A stretch of DNA of 64,000 nucleotides from the NCBI RefSeq assembly GCF_006345805.1, contig NC_043007.1, positions 8,122,001 to 8,186,000 of the forward strand, written 5' to 3'. Positions 38,663 through 50,460 of this stretch are shown here, piece after piece (position 1 is the stretch's first letter; each line of letters begins with the position of its first letter). The position numbers and the translations under genes are program-made. The notes under the pieces are model-generated. The model had not been told where the DNA came from. It ran no database searches and was given only the letters and a program-made list of their open reading frames with translations. Source of the DNA: Octopus sinensis (lineage: Eukaryota).

Positions 38663-39279
38663 CACACATGTACATAACACTCTAACATATATATAAGTAA
38701 ACACACATAAAAATAGATGCATAGCATACAAACACATCTCTTATACATATATGTATATGTGTAACACACTTATACACATACCTACATACCACCACCACCA
38801 TCATCATTTTAACGTCCATTCTTGCATGGGTCAGGTAGAATTCATTGAGACAAATTCTCTACAGCCAGCTACTGCTTTTTGTTGCCAATTCTCACCTGTT
38901 TACAAGTCAGGTAATAGATTTCCCTGGGTCAGACGCGTTTACACAGAAGATTAGAAATGACGTGTACTGTTTGCGTGACGGTGACTCTCGTTTACAACCA
39001 TCACATGATGTCAAGACAAGAGCAGTGAAAGAGACACACACATGCATGCACACACATGCTTGTACACACACACACACACACAGTGAGCTTCTTTCAATTT
39101 CTGTTTACCATATCCTCTCCCAAAGCTTGGGTCAACCTGCAGCTACAGAAAAAAACTCTTGCCCAAAGTGCCACACCATGCAACTAAACGCCAATCCATG
39201 TGATTGGAAAGTAAAACCTACCACATAGCCATGTGTTTGATACTTGTTATTAAAAACTGTTTCTGCTATTTATTTTCAG

Positions 39280-39417
39280 AGTTTACTCAAAGTCCACGAT
39301 CAACTCTCAGGAAACCCAAGATTTTCCGAAGACAAGGAAACTAAAGATTATTCTTTTAAACAGTATGGAGAAGGTGCTGTCCGAATTATTCACTTAGAAA
39401 AGACTTCAGAACCACTG
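39280..39417 (+). CDS. MPP5: MPP5 exon: end of L27C, linker, first PDZ strand (138 nt, phase 0/0)
   Basis: tattttcag| acceptor, CTG|gtaagt donor. SLLKVHDQL...VRIIHLEKTSEPL. Confidence 0.92.
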
Positions 39418-40134
39418 GTAAGTTCATCTACTGCTATGCTTTTTTCTTTGTCTTTGTCTCTTTTTTTTTTTTTTTTCTTTTAGTCTGTCCAGTTAGCAAT
39501 CTAATTTCTGAGAAGCCATGGTTTGCTCTTCTTCATCTTTGTTCCCCAAAAAGATGCTCTTGTTTTAGAAACATTGATGCACATAGATTTGTGGAGATAA
39601 TTATAAAATATTATTTATCAAACATAACAACCAGCCCCTAATGTTGGATAGATTAGGGGTCTGCAAACCCGTTTCCTTCTTTTCCACTTCCTACTCCTTT
39701 CCCCTTCCTCTTCCTATTCCTTTCCTCCTACTCCTTTTCTCCTTCCTCTCCCCTCTTCTTCCTTTTCCTCTTCATTCTCCTCCTCCTTCCCCTCCTCTTC
39801 CTCCTCCTCTCACTTCATCTTTTTCCTCTTTCCCCTTCATTCTCATTCTCCTCATTTTCTTCCCTTTCCTCCTCTTCCTCCTCCTCATCATCATCATCAC
39901 CATGACAGCCCTCTGGCAGAATTATCATCACTTCAGACCAAATGGTTTGTGACATTTCATTTCTTCTGGCTTTTAACATTTTGAGCTCAAAACCCTGCCA
40001 ACCTCAACTTTGCGTTTCATCTTCTTGAGGGTCTATAACTGACTTGCCCCCCCCCCCACCCCCACCTCAAAATTACTGGCCCCTGTGCCAAAATTAGAAA
40101 CCGTTATTCTTGTGTGGTTGAGATAAACATAAAG

Positions 40135-40176
<42 letters not shown>

Positions 40177-41631
40177 CATCTTCTTTCTAATGTTGGGATG
40201 GGTTGCATGCGAATATCTGAGGCAATGTTTGAGGACCAGATGCTCTTTCTGTTGCCTCTTATGAGATGCAAGGATGTGGTGTAATCGTTCTAAGCCTGAG
40301 ATGCCCATTACTATGAAATGGAGTCATCAAAGCCTCTCTTTTATGATGAAAAGTTGAAAGTATATGCATAATTTGTAATTAATAAAAGATCATCAGGCTG
40401 TATATAGTTGTGCCATAGTTGAAAACCTGTGGGTTCAAGATATTTGTATATTTGTTTTTACTGGTTTCAGTCATTGGGGTAAGGCCATACTGGGGCACCA
40501 CTTTCAAAGGTTTTAGTTGATTATTATATTGACCCCATTGATCTCTATTGAATGACTATTGTTGGTTTTACACCTGTGTTTACTAACACAGGTACAAACG
40601 TACACCTGCTTACACGTTCACTAGCCTCTCTCATAGTTTATGCTTACCAAATATCGCTCACAGGGCATTGGCCAACCCTACACTAGAGAGTTAGTAGTTG
40701 TTGGTGACTGTAGTAGTTTCTGATGAAGTGGGGGAAGGCCCCTCATTATGAGACATTCTTTGCTATGTTCAGGGTTTGAGGTCTCCAAGAGAGGTCATTA
40801 ACGATAGTGATGTCTTGCAATTGTAGTAACACTGAGGGTTCGGTTGCAGTTGTGTGTATTAATATTTGCTGCAGGATGTTCCCTTGATACTCTCATAGAG
40901 GTTGTGATGGTGGGTTAGAGCCACCCAGTTTTTTGGGGTGGATCATTTTTTCTCAAAGCCTTATAGTGTAACTGCCTTTTTTTTCTCATCTGCTGTAGTT
41001 CAGCTGTGAGTGAATGTTTCGGAAGCTTTTGTAGCTTAGTGGTCAGGGTATTCAGTTCATGATTGTAAGGCTATGAGTTCAATTCCCAGTAAGGCATTGT
41101 GTCCTTGAGCAAGACACTTTATTTCATGTACCGCCAATTCACTTGGCTGGCAGAAATAAGTGTTTACCTGTAATTCAAAAGGCCACACTTGTCATGTTGT
41201 GGGTGATGCTGAATCCCCCTAAGAACCATGTTAAGATTATGGGTGTCTGTGGAATACATGAATTTCATGAGTTGGCTGCTCTGTTGATTTGATCAGCTGG
41301 AACGGTTGTCTTCATGGCTGGCAGAGTGCCAAAGGCAGAGAAGTTTGGTTGCATTGGGACATGGATGTACATGCTACACAGGATGGTTTTAGCCAGCCAT
41401 ATAGCTGTTTCTATTTGTCAAGAGTGTAGCCCATATGTTGCTAGGGATAGTTAGCCTAGAACTGGTGGAGTTTCATTGGGTTCTAAGGTTGAAGTTGACA
41501 TGTGTTGCATAATATGTGGATGTCTTGAACAGTTCAAAGTTTTGATTAGCATTTATTCCCAAGTCTGTTATTACTTTTGTCAATTTATTTACCACCATTT
41601 TAATTTGTTAATTTTTATTATTCCATACCAG

Positions 41632-41707
41632 GGTGCTACTGTCAAAAATGAAGGCGAATCTGTGATAATTGCACGCATAGTCAAAGGAGGTGCGGCAGAT
41701 AAGAGTG
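41632..41707 (+). CDS. MPP5: MPP5 exon: PDZ part 1 (76 nt, phase 0/1)
   Basis: ataccag| acceptor, G|gtaagt donor. GATVKNEGESVIIARIVKGGAADKS completes the EPLGAT carboxylate-binding loop typical of PALS1. Confidence 0.93.
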
Positions 41708-42218
41708 GTAAGTATATATTTACTTCCCTTGTTTTTGTTCTTCATCACTTTTAGCCCTCTCTCTTCTTTTTATGGCCTTCTGTTCCTACTCCACTTCAGC
41801 TTCATTTCCACCACTCTCCTCACCTAGTTACTTCCATCTTTTCTACAACACACAATCTAAATAGTTTTAGCATTTGAATGATTTTGCTGTACAACAATGC
41901 CTTTAAATTCTGCACTCACAGATTAACAAAATTGTCGTTTGTAAGGGCACTCTTTAAACTAATAATCTTTGTCTCAAGGTCTTATGATCTTTACTCCAAG
42001 AAGGAATTAGAAAATTACTATTTTTAAATCTCATGAGAGATATTCAGCAACAGTACTTTGTAGTAAAGATTGTTTGCCAACATAACGTGGCAGTCTTTGT
42101 TTAGGGTGAATGTTGCTGTAATTTAACCCCAGGAGACATCGTCTCCAGCTGGCTATATGACATGATCTGTGTCCTTATATTTTTGAACAAGGGAATCTAG
42201 ATCCTCCACTCAGCTTAA

Positions 42219-42279
42219 AACAATATCTGTGTATCGCAATTTCCAGGTTATTTCCCTTCATCAGCACAGAATAATTGTT
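42219..42279 (-). ncRNA. Type I hammerhead ribozyme motif (copy B)
   Basis: Minus strand: UCUGUG CUGAUGA AGGgaaauaaCCUg GAAA UUgcGA U A CACAGA. Core intact, extended helix I conserved. Confidence 0.7.
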
Positions 42280-42473
42280 TGGCTAGAGGTGGCACTGCCA
42301 AATTCCCATTCGAAATATATAGTTTTCAAAGTGACAGCTAGTCGCTGATCTATAAATTAGAAAATTACTATTTTTAAATCTCACAACAACAGATATTCTG
42401 CAACAGTACTTTGGAGTAAAGATTGTTTGCCAACGTAACGTGGCAGTCAGTACTGGTTTAGGGCCTCTAGCCG

Positions 42474-42534
42474 AACAATTATTCTGTGTTGATGAAGTGA
42501 AATAATCCAGAAATCGCGATACACAGATATTGTT
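42474..42534 (+). ncRNA. Type I hammerhead ribozyme motif (copy C), C3-to-U core substitution
   Basis: UCUGUG UUGAUGA agugaaauaaucca GAAA UCGCGA U A CACAGA; perfect AUCGCGAU palindrome at 42513-42520. Confidence 0.62.
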
Positions 42535-44434
42535 TTGAGCTGAGTGGGGGTTCTAGATTCCCTTGTTTGAAAATATAAGGACACAGATCGTATTGTATAG
42601 CCAGCTGGAGACGATGTCTCCTGGGGTTAAATTACAGCAACATTTGTCCTAAACCATGTTATGTTGGCAAATAATCTTCACTCCAAGAAGGAAGTAGTCT
42701 CCAAGTTGGGAAAATATAAAAAAATCTTTTAATGCTGTTGTTGTTGTTGCAACCCTTCTATTTTGCTTGAGTTTTGTGCTCAGTATTCTGCTCTGTCTCT
42801 GATTCACTTCAGAAAACTACTCCAGGCCTCTGCTGTCACTTGGTATCTTACTATTTGACTTGTATTTTATGTTGCTATTTCACAAGGTTTAGCTCTCTTT
42901 GCACCCTTGTCACTACACTTGGCACTAAAAGAAATTCCAACCAAAGAGTCCGACTTTTCATGTTGTGTAGAGGACACGTCACTGCGGCTTGTTGTTTAAC
43001 CTTCAGGCTGCATTCCACCAACGACCATCTCATCTTTTCAGATTTCTGGGAATGTTTGTGTTTTGTGTCTTTTTCTTTTTAACAACAGTAAAATGTAATT
43101 CAGGAATAGATTTGGCTGCTATTTCTTGCAAATCTCAGCTCAGCAATGATGTTGAGGCCTTTTTCTTTACAATGTTGCAACCATAGAATCTGTGAAAGTT
43201 ATACTAATTAAAGAATATGAAACCTGATTTGAATGGTTTTTCTAAATAATATATTTATCAACAATTTCTTCATTTATTTATTCCCGATCCTCTCGTATTA
43301 CTAACTTAAGGATTGTCTGTCTGGGATATGGTTTCTCTGAAATATTTAATTTACAAAAAAAATAACAAACTTTAGTGATCATGGTTTCTCTGTCTGCCTG
43401 TCTATACACATAAATACATATACAAACACACACACACACACACAAATTGATGGCGTTAAGCATTTGTACTTTAGAAGTCAACTGTGTTAATTTGGCATAA
43501 AATTAATAAATAGTCATTATTAAACAACAATTAAAAACAGTCATCTTGATTCATTAAAGATTATTCAAAGAAATTCCATATTATATTAAAATATTGCTAC
43601 GAAGAGGCTGTTATCTAAGCTTTTTGCATTTTTTTTTTTTTTTTGAGGAAGCAAATAAAACAGGTATTTGGTCTTGTGTTTCTATTGGAAGTTCCGTCTT
43701 TCCTTCATACCTTGATTCTTTGAGATATACAGAAATAGTTGGAATATTTTGACATGTCTGGTAATCAATCGAGCAGTGACCTTTTGAAGTGAAGTTGTTG
43801 AAATACAAGACGTATATAATTAAAGACAGGAAAATAAAGAATATCGTTGTTCTGTTGGATGACTAATAAATAAATAAATGAATAACAAGACGGGAAGAGT
43901 TCAGAATTCTGCTTTCTTCTGTGTTTCGTTTCCCTTGACAGTTTGGTGTTGATGGAAATTCATAACTGCATCTAGATTAGCTAGATTTAGCTCTGTGGTT
44001 CCTCTGAGGTTTAGAAGTGTTGTATTCAATCAGTTTGTTGTACATTGGTTACTGCTGTGTGTGGAGGGGGCATTTATAGCTGATTGACTGGGGACACGTG
44101 GTTGGTTTGTTGATTGGTTATGAATCCATATTAATGACCGTGGGGAATTCCTTGGGACCGTTGATTGGCTGCTAGCTGGTTGGTCTGTTATGCCTCATTA
44201 TTTAAGATGATTTAAGATGCATATCTGCAATTACTGTTTATCTATCTAAGGTAGTGAACTGGCAGAATTGTTAGCGCATCAGACGTGTGTAGCAGTATTT
44301 CTTTTGGTTCTTCACATTCTGAGTTCAAATCCCACTTAAGCCTGTTACTTTTCAACCTTTTAAGGTTGATAAAGTACCATTGAAGTACTGGACTCAATGT
44401 AAAGTACTTATCCACTTCCTTCAGAATTGTTGGC

Positions 44435-47382
44435 CGTGTATATGTTGCATGCAAGAAATAAGGTGGAGAGGAGGATCAGCTAGGTTCCTCACAGGCAAGG
44501 AACGCAGGTACAAGATTTTCTGGGCAGGGAACACTGACGGGGTTGGTGGCGTGGGTATACTTATCGCTGAGAAATGGTTAGATAAAGTAATTGAGGTAAT
44601 CAGAGTATGTGACAGAATACTTAAGATTAGATTAGTGCTTCATCATGGTTTAGCAACCATTATATCAGCCTATGCTCCTCAGTCGGGGCTATCTGATGGA
44701 CAGAAAGACCGATTCTATGACACTCTACTGCAGACTACCTCGTTGACGAACGACAGAGACCTTCTCTTTGTGGCTGGTGACTTCAATGGTCACGTTGGAC
44801 GACATGCTGGGGGCTTCCATGGCGTACATGGAGGCTATGGCTCTGGTTCCCGCAACGAGGAGGGAACCAGGCTGCTGGAGTTCTGCGATGCAAATAATCT
44901 TATGATTTGCAACACTAACTTCAGGAAACCTACCAGCCACCTAGTCACTTACCAATCGGGCCAACATACCAGCCAAATTGACTACATCCTTGCAAGGCAA
45001 AGGGAGAGATGGCTGCTTATAAATGCCAAAACCTTCCCAGGCGAAGAATGTACCCCACAACATAGACTGGTAGTTAGTGACTTTAGGATCAGGACTAGGA
45101 GGACAACCAGAAGACGACAAATATGGAGAAGAAGGATCTGGAAGCTTAAAGATCCTGCAAATGGACAGAGATTTAGGGACATATTACTTGAAGCCTCTGA
45201 CGAAGTAGAAGGGGATAGAGCATCACAGAGGGTAGAAGACAGCTGGACGTTTCTAAGGGACAACCTGCTGAGAGCCACTGACCAGATCTGTTGCTGGTGC
45301 AAAGTCCCCTCTCGACCTAGAATAACGTGGTGGTGGAACAATATTGTAGACAGGGCTATTAGAGAAAAGAGACAGGCTTGGAAGGTCTGGAAAAATGGGG
45401 GTAGCAGGGAATTGTATCAGACTGCCAAAAGAGAAGCTAGGAGACAGGTTTATTTAGCCAGAGGGGAAACAGATAAGAAAAAATTTGCCAATGTTCTGCG
45501 CCGTGAGGACCAAAGACTGGAGGTGTTTCGTGTTGCAAGACAGTGTGTGAGAGAGAATCGTGATGTGGTAGGAGAGAAGTGTGTTCGCATGGAAGATGGT
45601 TCACTTGCGCTAAATGAGGATGCAAAGAGAGAGGTTTGGAGATGCCACTATGAAAGGTTGCTGAATGAAGAAAATGAATGGGATAAAGAGAGTCTGCCGA
45701 ATGTTGACCCAACAGAGGGACCAGCTATCCGAGTTGATAGTTCCGTGGTAGCTAAGGCAATTAGAAGCATGAAGACAGGGAAAGCCCCAGGCCCATCAGG
45801 AATCACTGCAGAGATGCTCAAAATGTCTGGTAGTGTTGGCTATAGCCTAGTTACCCGTATAGTTAATCAGGTGATACACAAAGGGGTCATACCCAATGAC
45901 TGGTGTAGCAGTATAATAGTCAACTGCTACAAAGGTAAAGGTGATGCCCTAGATACAAATAACTACAGAGGTATCAAGCTGTTGGATCAGGTGATGAAGG
46001 TCACGGAGAGGGTCATAGCCCAACTAATTAGAGAGAGAGTTAGTTTAGATGAGATGCAGTTTGGGTTTGTGCCAGGAAAAGTACTACTGATGCTATATTC
46101 CTGGTAAGGCAGCTGCAGGAGAAATACCTAGCCAAAGATAAGCCCCTGTACCTGGCTTTTGTTGACATGGAGAAAGCCTTCGACAGGGTCCCCCGATCCC
46201 TTATCTGGTGGGCAATGAGGAAACTAGGGATAGATGAATGGTTAGTGAGAGCTGTGCGGGCCATGTATAGGGTCGCTGCTAGTAGGGTGAGGGTTGGAAA
46301 TGAGTACAGTGAAGAATTCCGGGTAGAGGTAGGAGTCCACCAAGGCTCAGTACTCAGCCCCCTCCTATTTATCATAGTCCTCCAGGCAATAACAGAGGAA
46401 TTCAAGACAGGATGCCCTTGGGAGCTCCTCTATGCTGATGACCTTGCTCTAATTGCTGAGTCGCTATCAGAACTGGAGAAGTTTCAGGTGTGGAAACAAG
46501 GATTAGAATCGAAGGGCCTCAGAGTCAATCTAGCTAAAACCAAAGTCGTAATCAGTAGGAAGGTAGACAAATCACAAACACCTTCAGGTAGATGGCCCTG
46601 CTCGATCTGTAGAAAAGGTGTAGGTAGAAACTCTATAAGATGCACCAAGTGTAAGCTATGGACACATAAGAGATGCAGCAATGTCAAAGGAAGGCTAACT
46701 AGGAAGATGGTTTTTGTATGTGGCAGATGCTCAGGAACAATAAACACTGAAAATGCTCTGAGACCACTTCCGTCACTTTCCAGGGAGAAAACTAGAAATA
46801 GTTGATAGTTTCCGTTACCTAGGTGACCAAGTCAGCAGCGGGGGTGGGTGTGCTGAAAGTGTAACTGCTAGAGTAAGAATAGCTTGGGCAAAGTTCAGAG
46901 AGCTCTTACCTCTGCTGGTGACAAAAGGCCTCTCGCACAGAGTGAAAGGCAGACTGTATGATGCGTGTGTACGAACAGCCATGCTACATGGCAGTGAAAC
47001 ATGGGCCGTGACTGCTGAGGATATGCGTAAGCTCGCTAGAAATGAAGCCAGTATGCTCTGATGGATGTGTAATGCCGGTACTCACACTCGGCAGAGTGTA
47101 AGTACCTTGAGAGAAAAGCTGGACCTAAGAAGCATCAGTTGTGGTGTGCAAGAGAGACGTTTGCGCTGGTATGGTCATGTGGCGAGAATGGATGAAGATA
47201 GTTGTGTAAAAAAGTGCCACACCCTAGCGGTTGAGGGAACCTGTGGAAGAGGCAGACCCAGGAAAACCTGGGACGAGGTGGTGAAGCACGACCTTCGAAC
47301 TTTAGGTCTCACTGAGGAAATGACTAGAGACCGAGACCTCTGGAAGTGTGCTGTGCGCGAGAAGACCCGGCAGGACAAGTGA
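44435..47382 (+). pseudogene. Disrupted APE-RT-PHD ORF of the RTE element
   Basis: Frameshift near 46080 (GK/STTDAIF), second frameshift near 46760-46790, in-frame TGA at 47059-47061. Confidence 0.88.
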
Positions 47383-47877
47383 GTCCATAACCCGTGGCCT
47401 TCTACATGGGATGGAGCCAGCCTACGTATGCATACCTTCCCTTCTTGGGACACAAAACTCTACTTGTGAAGACGTGTTGAGGCAAGTGAGGATCAGAATC
47501 GAAATCGATCAATGGAAATTGCAGATGTGTTACCAGTGCCGGTGGCATGTAAGAGAACTTTCCGTTTTGCGACCGTTGCCAGCACCACCCCGTTTCGTGT
47601 CCATTGCCAGCCTTGCCTGGCCCCCGTGCCGGTGGCACATAAAAAGCACCATCCGTTCGTGGCCGTTTGCCAGCTCTGTCTGGCACCAGTGCGGGTGGCA
47701 CGTAAAAAGCACCCACTACACTCACGGAGTGGTTGGCGTTAGGAAGGGCATCCAGCCGTAGAAACACTGCCAGATTTGACTGGGCCTGATGAAGCCTTCT
47801 GGCTTCACAGACCCCAGTAGAACCGTCCAACCCATGCTAGCATGGAAAACGGACGCTAAACGATGATGATGATGATG
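44435..47877 (+). mobile_element. RTE-clade LINE, near full length, 5'-truncated at the start of the endonuclease, with repeat-containing 3' UTR and (GAT)n tail
   Basis: APE motifs (MQEIRW, SAYAPQ, GDFNGHVG, QIDYIL, PQHRLV) and RT motifs (QFGF, FVDMEKAFDRV, GVHQGSVLSP, LYADD, FRYLG), C-terminal RRLRWYGHVARM and GRGRPRKTW, stop at 47380-47382, tail ending about 47877. Confidence 0.95.
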
Positions 47878-49447
47878 TATCAAACTTAGAAAGAATGATA
47901 ACTCTGTCTGTTTATCCATCCTGCCATGGGTTTTATAGCCAGATGCCCTTACTTGATGGAAACCCTTGTAGTTGACTCTGACAGCATGCAAGGGGACAGT
48001 GTACCTATTGTAAAAACTGAGAAATACAAGGCACTGTAACTTCGTTCATTATTATTAGCTGTGTGGTTTAGATGTCCACTTTGTAAACCGCCTGGTATCA
48101 GGTTCAGCCTCACTGCATGGGTCTTCTTTAAGCCCTAGGCTGATCAATGAGTGAGTGTCTTCTCCTTTAGCTCTAGGCTGATCAATGCCACATGAGGGAA
48201 TCTGGTAGACTGGAACCTTGGGAAACCCATCCTGTGTGGTGTGAAGGTGCTTGTCTCTTTTATCCTTTACCTGTCTCAGTCATTTGACTGCAGCTTGTGT
48301 CACTGCTTCAGTGAAGTGGTGCTGATGTTAATATTCTTTGTTCATATTATGATCTGTGCTCTTGGAGACCTCAGGCATAAAGTAATCCCTTACTTGAAAA
48401 ACAAAGAAGGGCCGGCAACAAGAAGAGCATCCAGCTGTAGAATCCTGCATATCTAACCATCCGGTCAGAGCTATAATGGTAAAACAAATGTTAAACAACC
48501 CAGCATTGAGTTGATGAGACTTTTTTGAGTTGATATTCTACATTTGGATGCTCTTCCTGACATGAACCCTACCAAACACTTCTAACCCAAAGCTGCGTTG
48601 AAAATTCTTCTGCTTTTTACCTCAGAGTAATCAAAAGGCTGAGGCTTTACTCTATCATTACTCTGAGTTTCCTGTAGCAGGGGGAAAAATAGCCCCTAAT
48701 AAACTGATGCTGTGATATATTTTTCAATTATCATCCAATTTTCAGCAGTTTCATTAAATGCATTGAAGATATATTTCTAACAAATTCTTTGCCAAATTTC
48801 AAATTTCTTTCCTTCTCCCACCCCCTTTCTTTGCTTTGCTTTATCTCTTACTGCACCCGTCTTACCCCCTTGTTGCTTTGTTGCCTTACTCACTCCTTTT
48901 TTCCTCCCACTATCTCATATTTCCTCCCTTACTACTCTCTCCCCCTCCTCATTTCTTTCCCTCTCATTATATTTCATTACCTTTCTATCCTTCATGCTCT
49001 GTCTCCCTCTTACTCTCTATATATGCATGTGTGTATGTAATGTAGTATATATATGTTTGCGTATGTTTATATATTTATAAAGTTTATATAATTTGTGTGT
49101 GTGAGAGAGAGAGAGAGAGAGTCTGTAACAAGAAGAAACATGTTCTTTTAACTTCAAACTTGATATACAAGTTGAGGCTTACCTGAGGATATCAAAGATG
49201 TTTTTGTGTAATTAAAATCTTGCTTGTTTTTCATTAGGATTAATCACCAAATATTTCTTCTTGCCTACCTGTTTTCTTACCTGTCTGTTTGTCTGTCCAT
49301 CAATCTGTCCACTTCTCAATGGTCATTCACCTTATATATACATCAATTCATTTCTGCCTCCCTGTTTCAATGTGGCTGACTAAAATTGGGAGAAGCTTTG
49401 ACATAATCACTTGGCTGTCAAGAAATAGCAGTCAAATCTCACTCATG

Positions 49448-49642
49448 TTGTGGTTCTCAACCTGTGGTCCACGGACCCCTGGTGGTCAGCAAAGGTAGTT
49501 CCGGGGGTCTATGAACTAAATTCAAAATTTCACACCACACACATCATACACACAGACAAGGACAAGCATATTAAAAGGGGTCTGTGAGACAACTCATTTA
49601 AATGAAAGGGATCCTTGGTAGTGAAAAGGTTGGGAACCACTG
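49448..49642. mobile_element. hAT (Charlie-like) MITE
   Basis: gtggttctcaacct ... aggttgggaaccactg terminal inverted repeats. Confidence 0.6.
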
Positions 49643-50374
49643 CCCTAGTGTCTTAAGAAGGTACATTAGATGGCCTACCCATTTCTGTTGTGGTTGACTG
49701 ACCAATGGAGGAAGCATTTCCATGGTTACTTAAATGTCAAGAAAAAACAGCCAAATCTCCCCCATCTCTTAAAAAGGATACCTCAGATAATGTAGTTTTA
49801 GATATACTATGCCCTAAAGACAAACAGGGTGACCCCAGGCTGGAATGCTTTTCATTATGAATCTCTTTATTCAGCACTGACCTAGGGCTATTATCTGCAG
49901 GTCTCTCTCTCTATCTCTTGGCATTTCTATTTCCTCCGACTTAACTCTCTCTCTACCATCCTATGTTGACTTGCCTGCCTCTCTCTTCATTTCTTCATCT
50001 ATGTCTGCCTGTCCAATTGTTTGTGTTGTCTATTTATGTAGCTGTCTGTTTGTCAGTTTTATATCTGTCTTTTTCAATTTGTAATTTCATGTCTCAGAAG
50101 AAAACGAAAAAAATAGACATTTTCAGTATTGTTCTAGTAACCTGAATGATGAAATTAAAGAGAGAGAGAGAGAGAGAGAAAGAGAGACTTCTGTACATAT
50201 ATGCTCAGAGAGACATTGACAATGGGATACATGAAGCTAGAGAGACATGGAAACAGAGGCAAACACACAATGAGACAGGAAAAAAAAACATGCAAAGAGG
50301 GAGGGGGAGAGAGAGTCTAATACGAGAGTTGCTTTTTCTTTTCTGACTTGTTTTATTTTCTTCTTTAAACTCAG

Positions 50375-50460
50375 GCCTTTTGCATGAAGGGGATGAGATT
50401 TTGGAAATTAACCAACATACGATGAAGGGACAGAATGTGGATGATGTGTCCGAATTAATG
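50375..50460 (+). CDS. MPP5: MPP5 exon: PDZ part 2 (86 nt, phase 1/0)
   Basis: aaactcag| acceptor, ATG|gtaagt donor. (G)LLHEGDEILEINQHTMKGQNVDDVSELM. Too short for the ORF track. Confidence 0.92.

Larger units (their letters stand above)
42007..42687. mobile_element. Same element: 1.3 tandem units (350-bp period) plus an inverted partial copy (fold-back)
   Basis: ttagaaaattac at 42007 and 42357; 42056-42289 is the reverse complement of 42464-42687; flanked by a 20-bp direct repeat with 1 mismatch (41987-42006 / 42674-42693). Confidence 0.8.

Noticed and set aside
44380-44434. ORF-track start of the 575-aa LINE ORF
   Set aside because: These codons lie in a family A SINE upstream of the 5' truncation point; not part of the LINE protein.
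44725-46747. Several minus-strand ORFs opposite the LINE ORF
   Set aside because: Shadow ORFs of a GC-richer coding strand; no independent features.
47785-47815. CTGATGA-AGCC-ttct-GGCT hairpin in the RTE 3' UTR as a ribozyme
   Set aside because: No GAAA follows, and sibling copies read ctgatgca or ctggagca at this position.
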